DNA of 64,000 nucleotides from Monocercomonoides exilis PA203. Lineage: Eukaryota > Protista > Preaxostyla. Below the pieces are notes generated by a model. That model was not told where the DNA came from. It saw only the letters and a list, made by a program, of their open reading frames with translations, and searched no databases. Every line of letters starts with the position of its first letter. Position 1 is the first letter of the stretch. Shown one piece after another: positions 13,720-25,500 of this stretch. Where the stretch lies: contig LSRY02000005.1 of NCBI GenBank assembly GCA_001643675.2, forward strand, positions 310,001-374,000. The letters run 5' to 3'. The position numbers and the translations under genes were made by a program.

Positions 13720-16700
13720 TTATATTTTGACGCTCGCATCCTGTCTTTGCTCCTCGTCTTTCTTTTTTGAGGAAACATCATCTGCAAGTGAAATAAGTTC
13801 GCTTCCATCTTCTGTTGAACCATACCCATCATTCTCGCTTGAGCTTTCCTCTATCCTGATTGCATCAGTCATCGTAACCATCGTAGCACCTGCTGGAAAC
13901 TTCTCGAAAAACTCACGCTTCAGATGAGCCAGCATTGGTCTGCTTTCTTCATCTTTCAGCATGCATTTCTTCACAATCTCCTTCAAAGAACTTTCTGTGA
14001 TCGGGGTCATGTCTGGCCTCTCCCCATTCGCAATCTTCTGCCCTGCCACCTCTGCTGGATACTCTCCAAACGGGATCTGCAGTGTCAAGCACTCCCACAG
14101 CATCATCCCAATCGAAAAGGCAACTGACTTCTTTGTCGCTCCCATTTTCTTGTTCATCAGCAGTTCTGGTGCCTTCCACCTCAAACACTCTTTTTTGAAG
14201 CTATCCTCATCCTCAAATGCCGATGAGGGAAGAGAATCATTATCATCATCATCAGTTGCAGACGTTGCAACTGTTGACGAAGAGATCGATGAGGAATCTG
14301 AGTCATCATCAGACAAGAAGTCTGAGTGCATCACAATGCAGATGACCATATGCTCAGAGAACAGAACAATGTGCGGGCTGAGATTGGAAAGTGAAGAAAG
14401 AGGATTTTCCATTTCATCAAATGAATGCAGTGCGAGATTGGCCACCCAGAACAGGATTTGAGCAGCTGTTTGTTCTCTTTCTTTCAGTGAGCCAATTGCC
14501 ATCTCCTTCTTGGCATTCCTTCCGTGCAACAGCATGAACAGCGAATCCCTCAGATCCACTATCAGCTTCTCGTGTGGCGATGAGCAGGCCATCGCATCCA
14601 CCAGATTCGACATCGACGAGGTGGTTGGACACATGCTCTCTGGCCGGATAAAAGTTGAATCTGAGTCTGTTGTTGAGGTGGATGAAATGGAAGGCGATGG
14701 CGTTCGTTTTCTCGTTTCGTCCTCGATCTCTTTCTCATCGATTTTCTCCAACATCCATTCTGGAATTTTGTCTGAGTCCTTCCCCAGAATATATTCTGTT
14801 GATCCACTCTCACTCAATAAATGCTCTGATGACTCAGAATGTCCCAAGCTTTTCTCATACACCCTCTTTTTGATCCTCTCTTCGTTTTTCTTCTCTGCCT
14901 CCCTCTCTGCTCTCCTCCATTGCGCTTCTGGAGACATTTCCATCGTCACCATCTCAAACACCTTCGGATCCTTCTTGATGTTATCATTCACAATCTCTTC
15001 CAATTCTTCTGTTCTTCTCTCCGACTTTCTCCATCGAACAATAAAGGCAACTGCAATGATAAGAACAATCAACAATATCACAACCAATACAACAATCACA
15101 ATCAACGCCCATGATGATTTTTCTTCTTTTCCACTTTCAACAATTTTTTCATTCCCTTTTGGTGGAGTAATGCTCGCATTCTTCAAAACGAATGACTGTG
15201 TTGATGATGGAGATTCCGAATTCCCAAATAAAACAGAAACACTTACTTCAATTTCATTCCCACAACTGCTGATAATATCTTTCGCAACGCTTCCTTCAAC
15301 TTCTCTTTCTGACAAAATCCCATTTGAATCAAAAGAGTGTTTTTCAATCTCTTTCTCTTCTCCCTTCTTCTTCACAACCGAGAACGACAGATTACAAGGA
15401 ACAAGAAGCATCCCTTTGAATGTCAGCTTCATTCTATCTGTCTCTTCTTTTGCTTCCACACTCTCAAGAACAGGAATAAAGAATGGAGATGCTCTTTCAG
15501 AAACAATCCCTTCAAAACTGCACCCTTTATTCAACATCCACAATGATGAGTTATCTTTCAGTCCATCTCCTCCTTTCAAACTCATCACATTCAATGTTCC
15601 AGAATCTGAACAGATGATATTTCTTCTCAATGATGGATATCCTTCAATTGATGGATTGTTATTCAAAAACTCTCCTTTTTCAAAAATCACATTTCCTCCA
15701 CTCATTGTTATTCCACCTTCTGGTGAATTCGAGATTGTTGTATCTTTCATGGTCACAGAGCTATTCGCTTCATCGACAAGAGATCCAGACCATCTGCATA
15801 TTTCTTCTTCTTTATTCAAATATTGTTCATTTCTTTCTTTTGAATTTCCATCAAAAATGCAACCGTCCATTTTCACATCCAAACTATTCTCCAATTTCAT
15901 CAATTTCCCCTTTGTGGTCTTTGAATTGACTCCACCTATCGTGCAATTCGTTAATTGCATTGTCTTTTTCATTGACAAGCAAGATATCAATGATTCTTCA
16001 TTTCCTTCAACTGAGATATTTTCTGTGTTGAAATTCTTTATTGTCAATTGTCCACATTCATTAATATCTATCAGAGATGTTTTAATTGTTGAATTGCAAA
16101 TCGTTAATGAATCAATTACTGATGGAAGATAAGATGAAAGATATAATGCAGATTTTTGAAGAATGAGATGTGATATCTTGCATTCCATGAGCTGCAATTC
16201 TCCTTTATCCATATTAATGATGTGGAATGGAATGTTTGCAAATTCAACATTACCTTCTTCATTAGATTGTTTTGAGGTAAATGAGCAATTCATGATTTCA
16301 AGAATTCCTTCTTCTGGCGATATCAATGATCCATGTTGAGAAATGAAATTCGAATAGAACACAAAATTCATTCTCGACAACGAAACTATTCCTGTTGTTG
16401 TGATCAAAGCATCTCTTGCTTTTTCAATACCAGTTTTCACTTCAACCTCACATAAGCCTCTGCTCTTCGAGCTCAAACTCATCTCCTCCAGATTTATCTC
16501 TTCACCAATCACACTCTCCTCAACAATGAACATCAGACTCATGAAATCTGAAGTCAGATGCATCAGCCCATAATCAATCGAATCACATGGAAAAGTGTTG
16601 GTTCCACATTGCCTCTCATCCGATCCATTCACACTGCTCACAATAATGGTGTCACTCTGATAGATAGTCACAAAATCAATCAGATCTGTATCTTCTTTGT

Positions 16701-19700
16701 TTTCACATTCATCAATTCCATATATCGCATTCATTCGTGAATAATGGCCTTCTCGAAGATCAAACTGAAATTGCCTTTCATTGATCTGAGATGTGATGTT
16801 GAAGCATTCAATGAAAATATCATTCCCCACACTTGCTGTGTTCGCACTGAATTTCATCCCCACAAACGAAAAATTCAAATCTCCTCTTTCCTTTGTTGCC
16901 AGATACACCCCTCCCCCTTTCCCATTGGTGCAGCTGCATTGGCTGATTGTTGAGTCAATCATCTTCATTGATCCTGATGCACCCAATGTGAAGAATATTG
17001 CCCCTCCTTTTTCACTTGTTTCTGCTTTGTCTTCTGTGATGTTGCTCTCATTCACAACAAAACAAATCTTTTTCTCACTTTTTGATTGCAGAACGCTTGC
17101 TCCATTGTCACTTCTCTTCACTCCTGAAAATGATGAATTGTTAATTTGGAGATTTATTTCCTCGACTCCTTCATTTATCTTTGTTGTTGATTCAGTTCCT
17201 TTGATCAGAAGAAGACATCCTCTGCTTTCATTCAACGAATCCACTCGAACATTCACAAAATGGCAAGTTGTTCCAGAATCATGAATGGCAAAAATGCTGT
17301 TTCCAACATTGCATGATTCCAAAGACAAATCATTCACTTCCACACTTCCTCCAATCACATCCACAAATACACAATCAAATCCATTGTTCACTCCTGCCTC
17401 TGAATGGAATGAACATCCACTTATCACCAAATTGCCAGCTCTGTTTGAAATAATTGTTTTGGCTGAGTTGTCAAATCCCGATGTCAGTTGAAGTTGGATA
17501 TTTGTCAATTCTAGATGAATATTATTCACCATAAAATATTCTAGTTGATTTCCAATTGCCTTTTCAATATTCAAAGTTACTTTCGTATTCTCTTCTCCCA
17601 TCTTCACACTTTTTTTGATCTGATAATTGGATATGTTGAATGAATCTTGAATAACAGTCGATCCTGATATTTGAATTGTTTTATTTCCTTCCTCTTTTTT
17701 CATGTTTTCCATCCCTTTCCATAGCGTGAAGCATGGCTCTTCTTCACTTCCACAACGTGCAACATCAAATCCTTCTGATGAGATAAATATCTCAAATGAG
17801 CTATATGGAACAAGGAACATGAACAAATCCTTTTCTTGACGAAAATCATCACTTCCAACAAACAAATTGTTATCGTTTGTCATTTCAGAGTAATCGAATT
17901 TGAACGACTCATTTGTCACAGAACCATTCAAATCCTTTCCTATAATGAACACATTCTTTCCAATGGCTGCCTTATTGTTCACAAAAGTAATTCCTGCATC
18001 AAAAACAAATGGTGTTTTATCCAAACAATCTTCGCAGTCCAAATGCAGGAATCCTCCTTTTCCATTGTTCGTTGAAAGTGAACAAGATGACGCATTTGTT
18101 GATTTGATCACCAATTTTTCATTTCCTTGCAATGCCACTTTTGCAACACCTCCTTCTTCACTGATTGCGTTTTCAATATTCGAAAAATTGCTGTTTTCAA
18201 ACAAAACAGAAGAAGATATCATCAATGGAGATCCACCAAATGAGGTGTTATCTAGACCGCATCCTTCCATCGTGCAATTCAACAGTTTCACTTTGTGTTC
18301 TCCTTCGCTCTCTCCTTTATTCATATTTCCTGATGAAGGAGAAAATGAAAACAGCGCGACAGATGATTTCACATCTGAAATCGCGACAGAGTCCAGCTCA
18401 ACCATCTTTCCTGTTGATTTGATCAATGAAAATCCAATTGCGTTTTGTTTCCCTCCAATCACACTCATCTCACAGTTCTTCATGTGCAACTCCCCATTTT
18501 GAGTGCTTGATTCGACAACTGATGTGATTGTTCTGTTATAACTTGATGGAACAACAATCCCAACGAACTGAATTTCTGTGATCGATGATGATTTCATAAC
18601 GCATTGTTCAGAGCCGCTTACTTCCCTTTTGCATTCGATACCAACAATTGTCTCGGATTTGGACTTCACACTCATCCCACTCACATCCACATATCCAGTA
18701 ACAGATGAATTTGCAGATAAAATAATCTCCTGTTTAATATTCAGCGTTCTCTTCAAACGCTCCATCCCATAATTCACATTCAAACATGGTGCATTTTCCA
18801 GCCCACAATACACCTTTTCCACTCCAGATGCTCCATCAACATATATCGTATCAGCAAAGAAACCGTCGAAAAATATAAATAAATCCACATCCCAGTTGTC
18901 GAATGCTTCTGTTCTATCATGCCCAACAACCGAGTTGTCTTTTTCAGTGATGCTTTTCATGAAGGCGAACATGGGCTCTTTCACAGAAGCGACAAGGGAT
19001 TCACACACAAAATACATATCTCTTCCGACACTGGCCTTGTTGGCTGAAAACACAACATTCATCATGGAAAAGGAGGTGGATGACACTTGTGAGCCATGAT
19101 TGTACTCGATCATGAGAGCACCGCCTCTTCCTCCAGAACTTGTATCCTCGCTCACGCAGCAGCTGGAGAAGGAGGTGTCACTCACTGAAAATATGTTGGC
19201 AGAGACGGATGAGGCGAATGAGATGCACCCGCCATTGGTGGCAGTCTGATGGTTCAGCTGTGCTGAGTTGATGTTGGTGATGGTGCAGTTGGCGAGGGAG
19301 ATGGAGAGGGCAGGGGAGGTGGCAGAGGAGAGGACACAGCTGGTGGGAGTGGCTGTGGAGGTGATGTCGGTGATGCTGGAGGAGTTGAGAGTGAGGGAGC
19401 CTGTGAGGGAGGTGAGGTGGAAGATGCTTTGGCTGTTGAGGGAGAGTTGAGTGATTGCTGTGTGGTTGAGGGCGAGGGAGCCAGCAGTGATGAAGAAGAG
19501 GGGTGTGGTGATTGATGATGAAGATGGGGTTGTTCCTGTGATGGTGGTTGTGTTCAGGTTGAGGGAAGGGGAGTTTTGGGAGAGGTGGAAGAGGATGGGG
19601 GTGATGGGATTTGTGGAGTTATGGGCGATGGCGAGGGCAGAAACTGTGAGGGAGCCCTGTGTTTGTGCGAAGAGGGCAGAAGTGGCAGATGGTTCAGGGG

Positions 19701-21819
19701 ATGATGATAAAGTGGAAGAAGAAGAAGAAGAAGATGGCTGAGGAATACCACTGGAAGCAATTATTGTAGAATCTGTGCCATTCCCAGTGACTTTTGTATT
19801 CGGGGCACGGAATATGAGAGTCTTTAAGGGAGTGAAAGTGGAGACGAGAAGAGAGAGGGAAGCATCACTGAAGGGAGCAATGCATCTGAGAGCATACTCG
19901 ACCGTGGCACATGGGTTTTGCTGTGTTTTGCCACAGGCGTCAACATCACTTCCACCATTTGCAACGATTTTGTTCTGGTTGATGAGAGGAAGCCAGCCAT
20001 TATATACATCGCTATCAGCTGTTTCACAATTCCAGACTCTTTTTGACGGGGTTGTTGATCCACAATTTTCAAATGGAGATTGAGTGATATCACTTCCGTA
20101 AAAGAACACATCATTTCCTCTGCCATTTGTTGCTCTATTTCCATCGAAAAAGCAGAATGTGATGAATTTTATTCCATTCATCCAGGAATGTGAATCTCTG
20201 TAAAACATTGCAGCGCCTCCCCATGAAGTTGAGGTTGATTTCAATATATTGTTTATAAATTGGCAATCATTAACCAAAAATAGAGTTGGTTTGTTCTGTG
20301 GAGGAAAATTAAATGTGAGTGATCCGGTTGAATCACCACCAGAATTTGAGATGCACTTGCATTTGGTGAATAAGAATTGACCATTTGAAGAAAAATCACC
20401 AATATAGAAATACCATCCAGTACCACACCAATCTGTTATTGAACAATTTTCCACCATGTTATCAGAAAATGAATAAACGGAAGATGATTGTTGTCCATCT
20501 ACACAAATTGCTCCTCCATGAAATGCAAAACAGTTTGTAAAATTTGATTTTGTAATATTCACGTTTTGTAAACCGTAACTGTATAGCGCTCCGCCTGCAG
20601 TTGTACCAATGGTTGAACAATTGTTGAATAAACATGATGTGATCGTGAGATTTGCGTTTGTGCAAAAAACATAAAGAGCACCTCCTTCTGAGGAGCAACT
20701 ATTCGAATCATTCCATTCACACCATTCAAAGAGATAGCTATTCAAATCTGTAAAGGACAATTGACTTAATTTCTTTCTTTCAGTTTCAGTTCCTTCATAT
20801 ATCACAGGATCATTTGATAAAGAGCGTGTTTGATGGAGGAAAGAGGTGTTGAAGGCAGAGAGAGACATTGATGGGCTGTTGAGGTCGGGGAGGATGGCAC
20901 CATTGATTGGGTTGGAGGTGTGGAGGAAGATGGATGAGTGGATATAGAGAGAGGAGCGAAGAGAGAAGGAGAGGATTGTGTTTGTGTTAGTGGTGATTGT
21001 GGTGGTGGTGAATGAGTTGTGTGCGTGAGTGGGTTTGGCAGGAATGGTGTGTGTGGATTGTGGTGCAGTGGTGATGTTTGTGAAGAGTGTGTCTGAGAGG
21101 TGGAGATCGAGGTGAATTTGGAGATGACGATGAAGAATGGAAGAAGAAGAGGACACGGAAGGAGAAAAAAGGAAGGGCTGGGTGAGGGAGATGAAAGAAG
21201 AGAAAGAGGAATGAGAGATTGAGAAGGAGGAGGGGATTGGGGAGTGGGCATGTGAGAGGAGATTATTTGGAATGGAAAATAGAGGGAAGGAGAGGATGGC
21301 TGGGTGAGGGATGATGAGGGAGAAGTTTGTGAGAGAGAGGGAGCTGTGGGAAGAGAGGAAAAGTGGGTAGCTGGCATCTGTGTGGATTCGGCAGGCAGAG
21401 GAGAAAATGGTGCACGATGAGTGGTGTAGTGCAGAGAGGAATGCACAGCCACTGAGAGGTTCCATGACGAGATCGCTCACACACAACGAGGTGTTGACGA
21501 TATTCACACTTGTTCGGGCACAACTGACACGATCGCCTGGCGAGAATATGACTTTTGCTGCACCTATGCCATAATTATTGTAGTATTTGTTGCTGCTGTT
21601 TTCAACGCTGATCGTGCTTTCTGGCATCTCCCAATTCATTTCTTGTTGATGTTGATTTTCAGCAATGCTTCTGTAATTGCTGCAATTGACAACAACCAAC
21701 ATCAGAGCAACAACATTGAATGCAACTTTTGCGCTGGTGGAGAACCTCGCCATGGAAGAAGATGAAAGAAAAAACTTAAAAATAAAAATTCCTGCGCCCA
21801 ATATATATATATTTTCCAT
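13720..21819 (-). CDS. Large receptor-like membrane protein: parallel beta-helix repeats, one TM helix, degenerate C-terminal kinase-like domain (likely start Met at 21753)
   Basis: 2699-aa ORF. Signal-like FNVVALMLVVVNC; repeated GGAI / FxxNxAxxGxD / CGxxxxPC motifs; TM WALIVIVVLVVILLIVLIIAVAFIV; kinase subdomains VIII-XI (RWKAPELL, VAFSIGMMLWECLTLQIPF, CMLKDEESRP) without HRD or DFG. Confidence 0.9.
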   Translation of the reverse strand: MENIYILGAGIFIFKFFLSSSSMARFSTSAKVAFNVVALMLVVVNCSNYRSIAENQHQQEMNWEMPESTISVENSSNKYYNNYGIGAAKVIFSPGDRVSCARTSVNIVNTSLCVSDLVMEPLSGCAFLSALHHSSCTIFSSACRIHTDASYPLFLSSHSSLSLTNFSLIIPHPAILSFPLFSIPNNLLSHAHSPIPSSFSISHSSFSSFISLTQPFLFSPSVSSSSSILHRHLQIHLDLHLSDTLFTNITTAPQSTHTIPAKPTHAHNSFTTTTITTNTNTILSFSLRSSLYIHSSIFLHTSNPINGAILPDLNSPSMSLSAFNTSFLHQTRSLSNDPVIYEGTETERKKLSQLSFTDLNSYLFEWCEWNDSNSCSSEGGALYVFCTNANLTITSCLFNNCSTIGTTAGGALYSYGLQNVNITKSNFTNCFAFHGGAICVDGQQSSSVYSFSDNMVENCSITDWCGTGWYFYIGDFSSNGQFLFTKCKCISNSGGDSTGSLTFNFPPQNKPTLFLVNDCQFINNILKSTSTSWGGAAMFYRDSHSWMNGIKFITFCFFDGNRATNGRGNDVFFYGSDITQSPFENCGSTTPSKRVWNCETADSDVYNGWLPLINQNKIVANGGSDVDACGKTQQNPCATVEYALRCIAPFSDASLSLLVSTFTPLKTLIFRAPNTKVTGNGTDSTIIASSGIPQPSSSSSSSTLSSSPEPSATSALFAQTQGSLTVSALAIAHNSTNPITPILFHLSQNSPSLNLNTTTITGTTPSSSSITTPLFFITAGSLALNHTAITQLSLNSQSIFHLTSLTGSLTLNSSSITDITSTATPTSCVLSSATSPALSISLANCTITNINSAQLNHQTATNGGCISFASSVSANIFSVSDTSFSSCCVSEDTSSGGRGGALMIEYNHGSQVSSTSFSMMNVVFSANKASVGRDMYFVCESLVASVKEPMFAFMKSITEKDNSVVGHDRTEAFDNWDVDLFIFFDGFFADTIYVDGASGVEKVYCGLENAPCLNVNYGMERLKRTLNIKQEIILSANSSVTGYVDVSGMSVKSKSETIVGIECKREVSGSEQCVMKSSSITEIQFVGIVVPSSYNRTITSVVESSTQNGELHMKNCEMSVIGGKQNAIGFSLIKSTGKMVELDSVAISDVKSSVALFSFSPSSGNMNKGESEGEHKVKLLNCTMEGCGLDNTSFGGSPLMISSSVLFENSNFSNIENAISEEGGVAKVALQGNEKLVIKSTNASSCSLSTNNGKGGFLHLDCEDCLDKTPFVFDAGITFVNNKAAIGKNVFIIGKDLNGSVTNESFKFDYSEMTNDNNLFVGSDDFRQEKDLFMFLVPYSSFEIFISSEGFDVARCGSEEEPCFTLWKGMENMKKEEGNKTIQISGSTVIQDSFNISNYQIKKSVKMGEENTKVTLNIEKAIGNQLEYFMVNNIHLELTNIQLQLTSGFDNSAKTIISNRAGNLVISGCSFHSEAGVNNGFDCVFVDVIGGSVEVNDLSLESCNVGNSIFAIHDSGTTCHFVNVRVDSLNESRGCLLLIKGTESTTKINEGVEEINLQINNSSFSGVKRSDNGASVLQSKSEKKICFVVNESNITEDKAETSEKGGAIFFTLGASGSMKMIDSTISQCSCTNGKGGGVYLATKERGDLNFSFVGMKFSANTASVGNDIFIECFNITSQINERQFQFDLREGHYSRMNAIYGIDECENKEDTDLIDFVTIYQSDTIIVSSVNGSDERQCGTNTFPCDSIDYGLMHLTSDFMSLMFIVEESVIGEEINLEEMSLSSKSRGLCEVEVKTGIEKARDALITTTGIVSLSRMNFVFYSNFISQHGSLISPEEGILEIMNCSFTSKQSNEEGNVEFANIPFHIINMDKGELQLMECKISHLILQKSALYLSSYLPSVIDSLTICNSTIKTSLIDINECGQLTIKNFNTENISVEGNEESLISCLSMKKTMQLTNCTIGGVNSKTTKGKLMKLENSLDVKMDGCIFDGNSKERNEQYLNKEEEICRWSGSLVDEANSSVTMKDTTISNSPEGGITMSGGNVIFEKGEFLNNNPSIEGYPSLRRNIICSDSGTLNVMSLKGGDGLKDNSSLWMLNKGCSFEGIVSERASPFFIPVLESVEAKEETDRMKLTFKGMLLVPCNLSFSVVKKKGEEKEIEKHSFDSNGILSEREVEGSVAKDIISSCGNEIEVSVSVLFGNSESPSSTQSFVLKNASITPPKGNEKIVESGKEEKSSWALIVIVVLVVILLIVLIIAVAFIVRWRKSERRTEELEEIVNDNIKKDPKVFEMVTMEMSPEAQWRRAEREAEKKNEERIKKRVYEKSLGHSESSEHLLSESGSTEYILGKDSDKIPEWMLEKIDEKEIEDETRKRTPSPSISSTSTTDSDSTFIRPESMCPTTSSMSNLVDAMACSSPHEKLIVDLRDSLFMLLHGRNAKKEMAIGSLKEREQTAAQILFWVANLALHSFDEMENPLSSLSNLSPHIVLFSEHMVICIVMHSDFLSDDDSDSSSISSSTVATSATDDDDNDSLPSSAFEDEDSFKKECLRWKAPELLMNKKMGATKKSVAFSIGMMLWECLTLQIPFGEYPAEVAGQKIANGERPDMTPITESSLKEIVKKCMLKDEESRPMLAHLKREFFEKFPAGATMVTMTDAIRIEESSSENDGYGSTEDGSELISLADDVSSKKKDEEQRQDASVKI

Positions 21820-22521
21820 TTAAATTTTTGTTTTTTTTGTAATATCTGAAAATGAATAAAACGATTTTTCAAAATTTTCATTATAACATCTGGTTTATTG
21901 ATAAATTATTGTTTGTTTCATTAATCACTTTTGAAGAGAGAAATATCAGAATATTATAAAAAAGATGAATAAAACAAAAATTATTGAATGGAATCGAAAG
22001 ATCTTTTGTTTATTCGTCGAATAAAAAATGTTAACAGATGAATTCTATTTTCAGTGTGAAATTTGGATTGATATCCAATTGCAACAATGTTTGTCTAATG
22101 TTTGTGAAGAACATTTTAATGAATTGTTGAAGATAATTCATTTGATGAAACTTTTGAAAGGAGCAATTATAGACTTTTTCATCTTGCATTCAAGTCAATC
22201 AACTTTTGTTTCGGAACAGTTTTTGAAACTTCCAATTAAATTCGTATTAGAAAATTTCTCAAATTGAAATGAACAACAGTTGGATTATTTGAAGAAAAGT
22301 GAAGAATAATAAAAATAAAACAAGATAAAAAATTTTATAGGAAAACATATTTATTGTTTCATTCCAATAAGAATTGACTTTTGAATATTTATATGTTTCG
22401 AAAAAAAAAACTTGTGATTAATTGATCAAATCCCATTTCCTACAGAACTGATTTTTGCATTTTTCAAGTTGCTGGTTTATTTGCCACACTTGCTTTAATT
22501 TCTTTAGCGGTTAGCTTTCAT

Positions 22522-25500
22522 ATGCAGCAATCAAATGAGCCATTGCAATTAGATGGAGGTGAAGGAAAGCCCCTTCCTGATATGAAAGTTTTCGATAATG
22601 AGACAGAATTTAAAAAGAAAAAATATGTACCACTTCCTCAGGATTACGACACAGTTGATGGAGAAAACCAAAGAAAAAGGAAATTGCCAGCACAAAAGCC
22701 AGGGGTTGTATATCGCCCTGATAGAATAAGCGACTTTGCTCATCAGTTTTCTCATTTCTTTGAGACTATTGCATTTATCGGAACTGGCTCATTTGGAGAT
22801 GTTTACAAAGTTAGAAGTTTACAAGATAATAAATATTATGCTGTAAAATGGAGCAAAAAGAAACACAGAGGAAATACTGACAGAAAAACAAGCTTAACAG
22901 AGTTATACACTTATGCTCTGATTGGAAAACATCCGCATCTCGTTGAACTTGTTCAGGCATGGGAGCAAAAAGGGCATATGGTTACTCAAATTGAGCTTTG
23001 TGATCATGGAGATCTCGATGAATTTTTAACTCATTATCCACATATTTCAGAACAAGAAATATGGAAAATTTTGTTGGACATAACTTTAGCGGCTAAATGG
23101 CTTCATGATCAGCAAGTGGTTCATTTGGATATTAAACCAGATAACATCTTTTTAATGTCAAATGGGGATTACAAACTTGGTGATTTTGGACTTTCTCATA
23201 TAACCGATTTTACTTCTCCGAATTCAGAAGGAGATTCTCGGTATTTAGCGCCTGAGATTTTATCGGGATACACGACAACTGCTGCCGATATATTTTCCAT
23301 TGGGGCGACTATCTTCGAGGTGAGTGAGTTTGTGGATCTTCCATCACAGGGAGCCCTGTGGCACAGATTGAGAGATGACCCGCCATTGCTGGAAGGGAGG
23401 AGCGAGGAGCTGTCTACGCTCGTGCGGAAGATGCTTTCGGCTGATCCGCGCGAGCGGCCGACGGCAGACATGATACTGGAGACGCCCACGCTGAAGAAGA
23501 TGGCGCGTGAAAGGGAGTGGCCGACGATGCCGCTGACACACTTGATGCTGCGGAGGACATCCAACATCGTGTCGCTGATGTGGAAGACGTACTACAACCT
23601 CTCGCAGAAGGCGCCGCTGCGGCCGGACAATCTGAGCGAGAAGAGGACGCTTGATTATGGCGAGTCGGGGACTATCAATTACGAACAGGGAGATTCTCAG
23701 GGGAATATAACAGGCTCGCCAATATTTCCTTCTTTTCCTTCTTCTTTTCTTGCAAATTCTGATACAACAGAACTGCCTTCCTCTTCTAATTCTGCATCTT
23801 CATCGGATTCTGCTGTGCCTTCTTCATTCTTTGCTTCATCCGACAGCCAAGAATCCAATGCAGCAAATTCAAATCTGAGCAATAATCTTCCTGATGCTGT
23901 GCAATCGTCACAAACAGCAGACAACTCTGCTACCTGTCACCAGCAGACCCCCATTCATCCACCTCATTTCTCTTCTTCTTCTTCTTCTTCTTCTTCTTCT
24001 TCTCCCCAGCTTCTTCACGATGAGCATCAAGACGCCTCGTTTTCTCCTTCTCCTTCATTCGGCACAGAAATGTCCCGTCGGACACGCAATTCCTCCGGCG
24101 CTGCCTCCATCACCAACTTCAGCCCAGCCGCCCTTCTGCATCCTCTGCAGCTGGCGTCGTTCTTCATCCCGCCTGACTCGAGCATCTTCGACTCCCGCTC
24201 GCAGGAGATCACACGCATGATGGAGATTCTGAAGGAGCACGAGGAAGACGACCTGCGCAGAGAGACTGACGTGAGCATCGAGTCAGAGGAAGAGGAGGAG
24301 ATGGAAGGCGACGGAGAAGAAGAAAACGAGGATTTGTATGACGCAGCAGGCTCGTCTGCCTCAGCTGCTTCAGAGAGTGCTGCTTATGGCTTCGGAAGCA
24401 CGCCCGTGAAGGAGGACAAGAAGTTTGGGCAGATTCCTCCTCCTTCGTCCACTCCGCCCAGCTCTTCTTATTCTCCCATGCGCTGTGCACCTCCTTCTCC
24501 TGTCGTCGAGCGCAAGGCCAGACTCAACCTGGACACAAAGCTGCTTCCTCTTGGATCCACTCTCGGTTCACAAAGGAAGTCTGCTTTGGATTCATCTCCC
24601 ACGTTTCCTGTGCTTTCGCTTCCTTCCTTCGGATCAGGCTTTTCTTTTGGCTGCGACACAATTTGCAGCTCTGCTCTGGGGTCGCCCATTGAATATCGTC
24701 CGCTTGTGGATGGAATGGGAACACCAGCAGACAACACAGACACACACCAGACAGCAACAGCAACAACAGCAGCTTTTACTGCTGCAGCATCTGTTGCAGG
24801 AATCCCACACGACTTGCCAGCAGACGAGCACTTCTCCATCTCAAGACAGCCCTCTCTTTTCAGCATCTCATCTGGCAACACTTCATCCCTCTCGTCTCCG
24901 ATGAAGGAAAAAACCAGACCTCCTCTGAGTGCGCTGGGGAAGTCTGCCTCGTCTGACTCTATGCTTTCTTTCCCTTCGCTTTCAAGCTCTTCCACTCCCT
25001 CGCATTCAGCTGAGCGGTCGCCCAGCCATCCTCAGTCAGCCCCACTCTCTGGCAACGCCTCTTCTGCTGCCTCTTCTTCCTCATCCTCCAAAGCAGTCAG
25101 TCCAAAACTGCCTGCTTCGCCTTCTGTCGACTCTGTTGCACTGTCATACTCCACAAACTCGCTCAGCCAAACACCCATCGCTTCTCACAAATCGCCTTCT
25201 TCGAACCTTCCCTTCCACCACGTCACAGAACTCCATCTGAGCCTTTCCAAACAGCCCACCCATCAAACAACAGCACAGTCCAGCCCGCTTTCAGAGCATC
25301 GCATTTCTGCCTCGCAAGTCTCCCCTTCGCTCACCCACCTCACAAACTCCACAGAGCCATATGCTCAGTCTGAAGGCAGCTTCTCTCCGACTCATTCAGC
25401 ACCCTTTGAATTCCAGCCGCTCTTCCAAAATGTGAGCACTCCTTCATCAGCATCCAATGAGAAGGATGCAGGAGATGCTGACCCGAACAGACCAGTTGTG

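Noticed and set aside
14510-16132. 540-aa plus-strand ORF and other ORFs antisense to or overlapping the large genes
   Set aside because: Shadow frames of real genes, with no motifs of their own.
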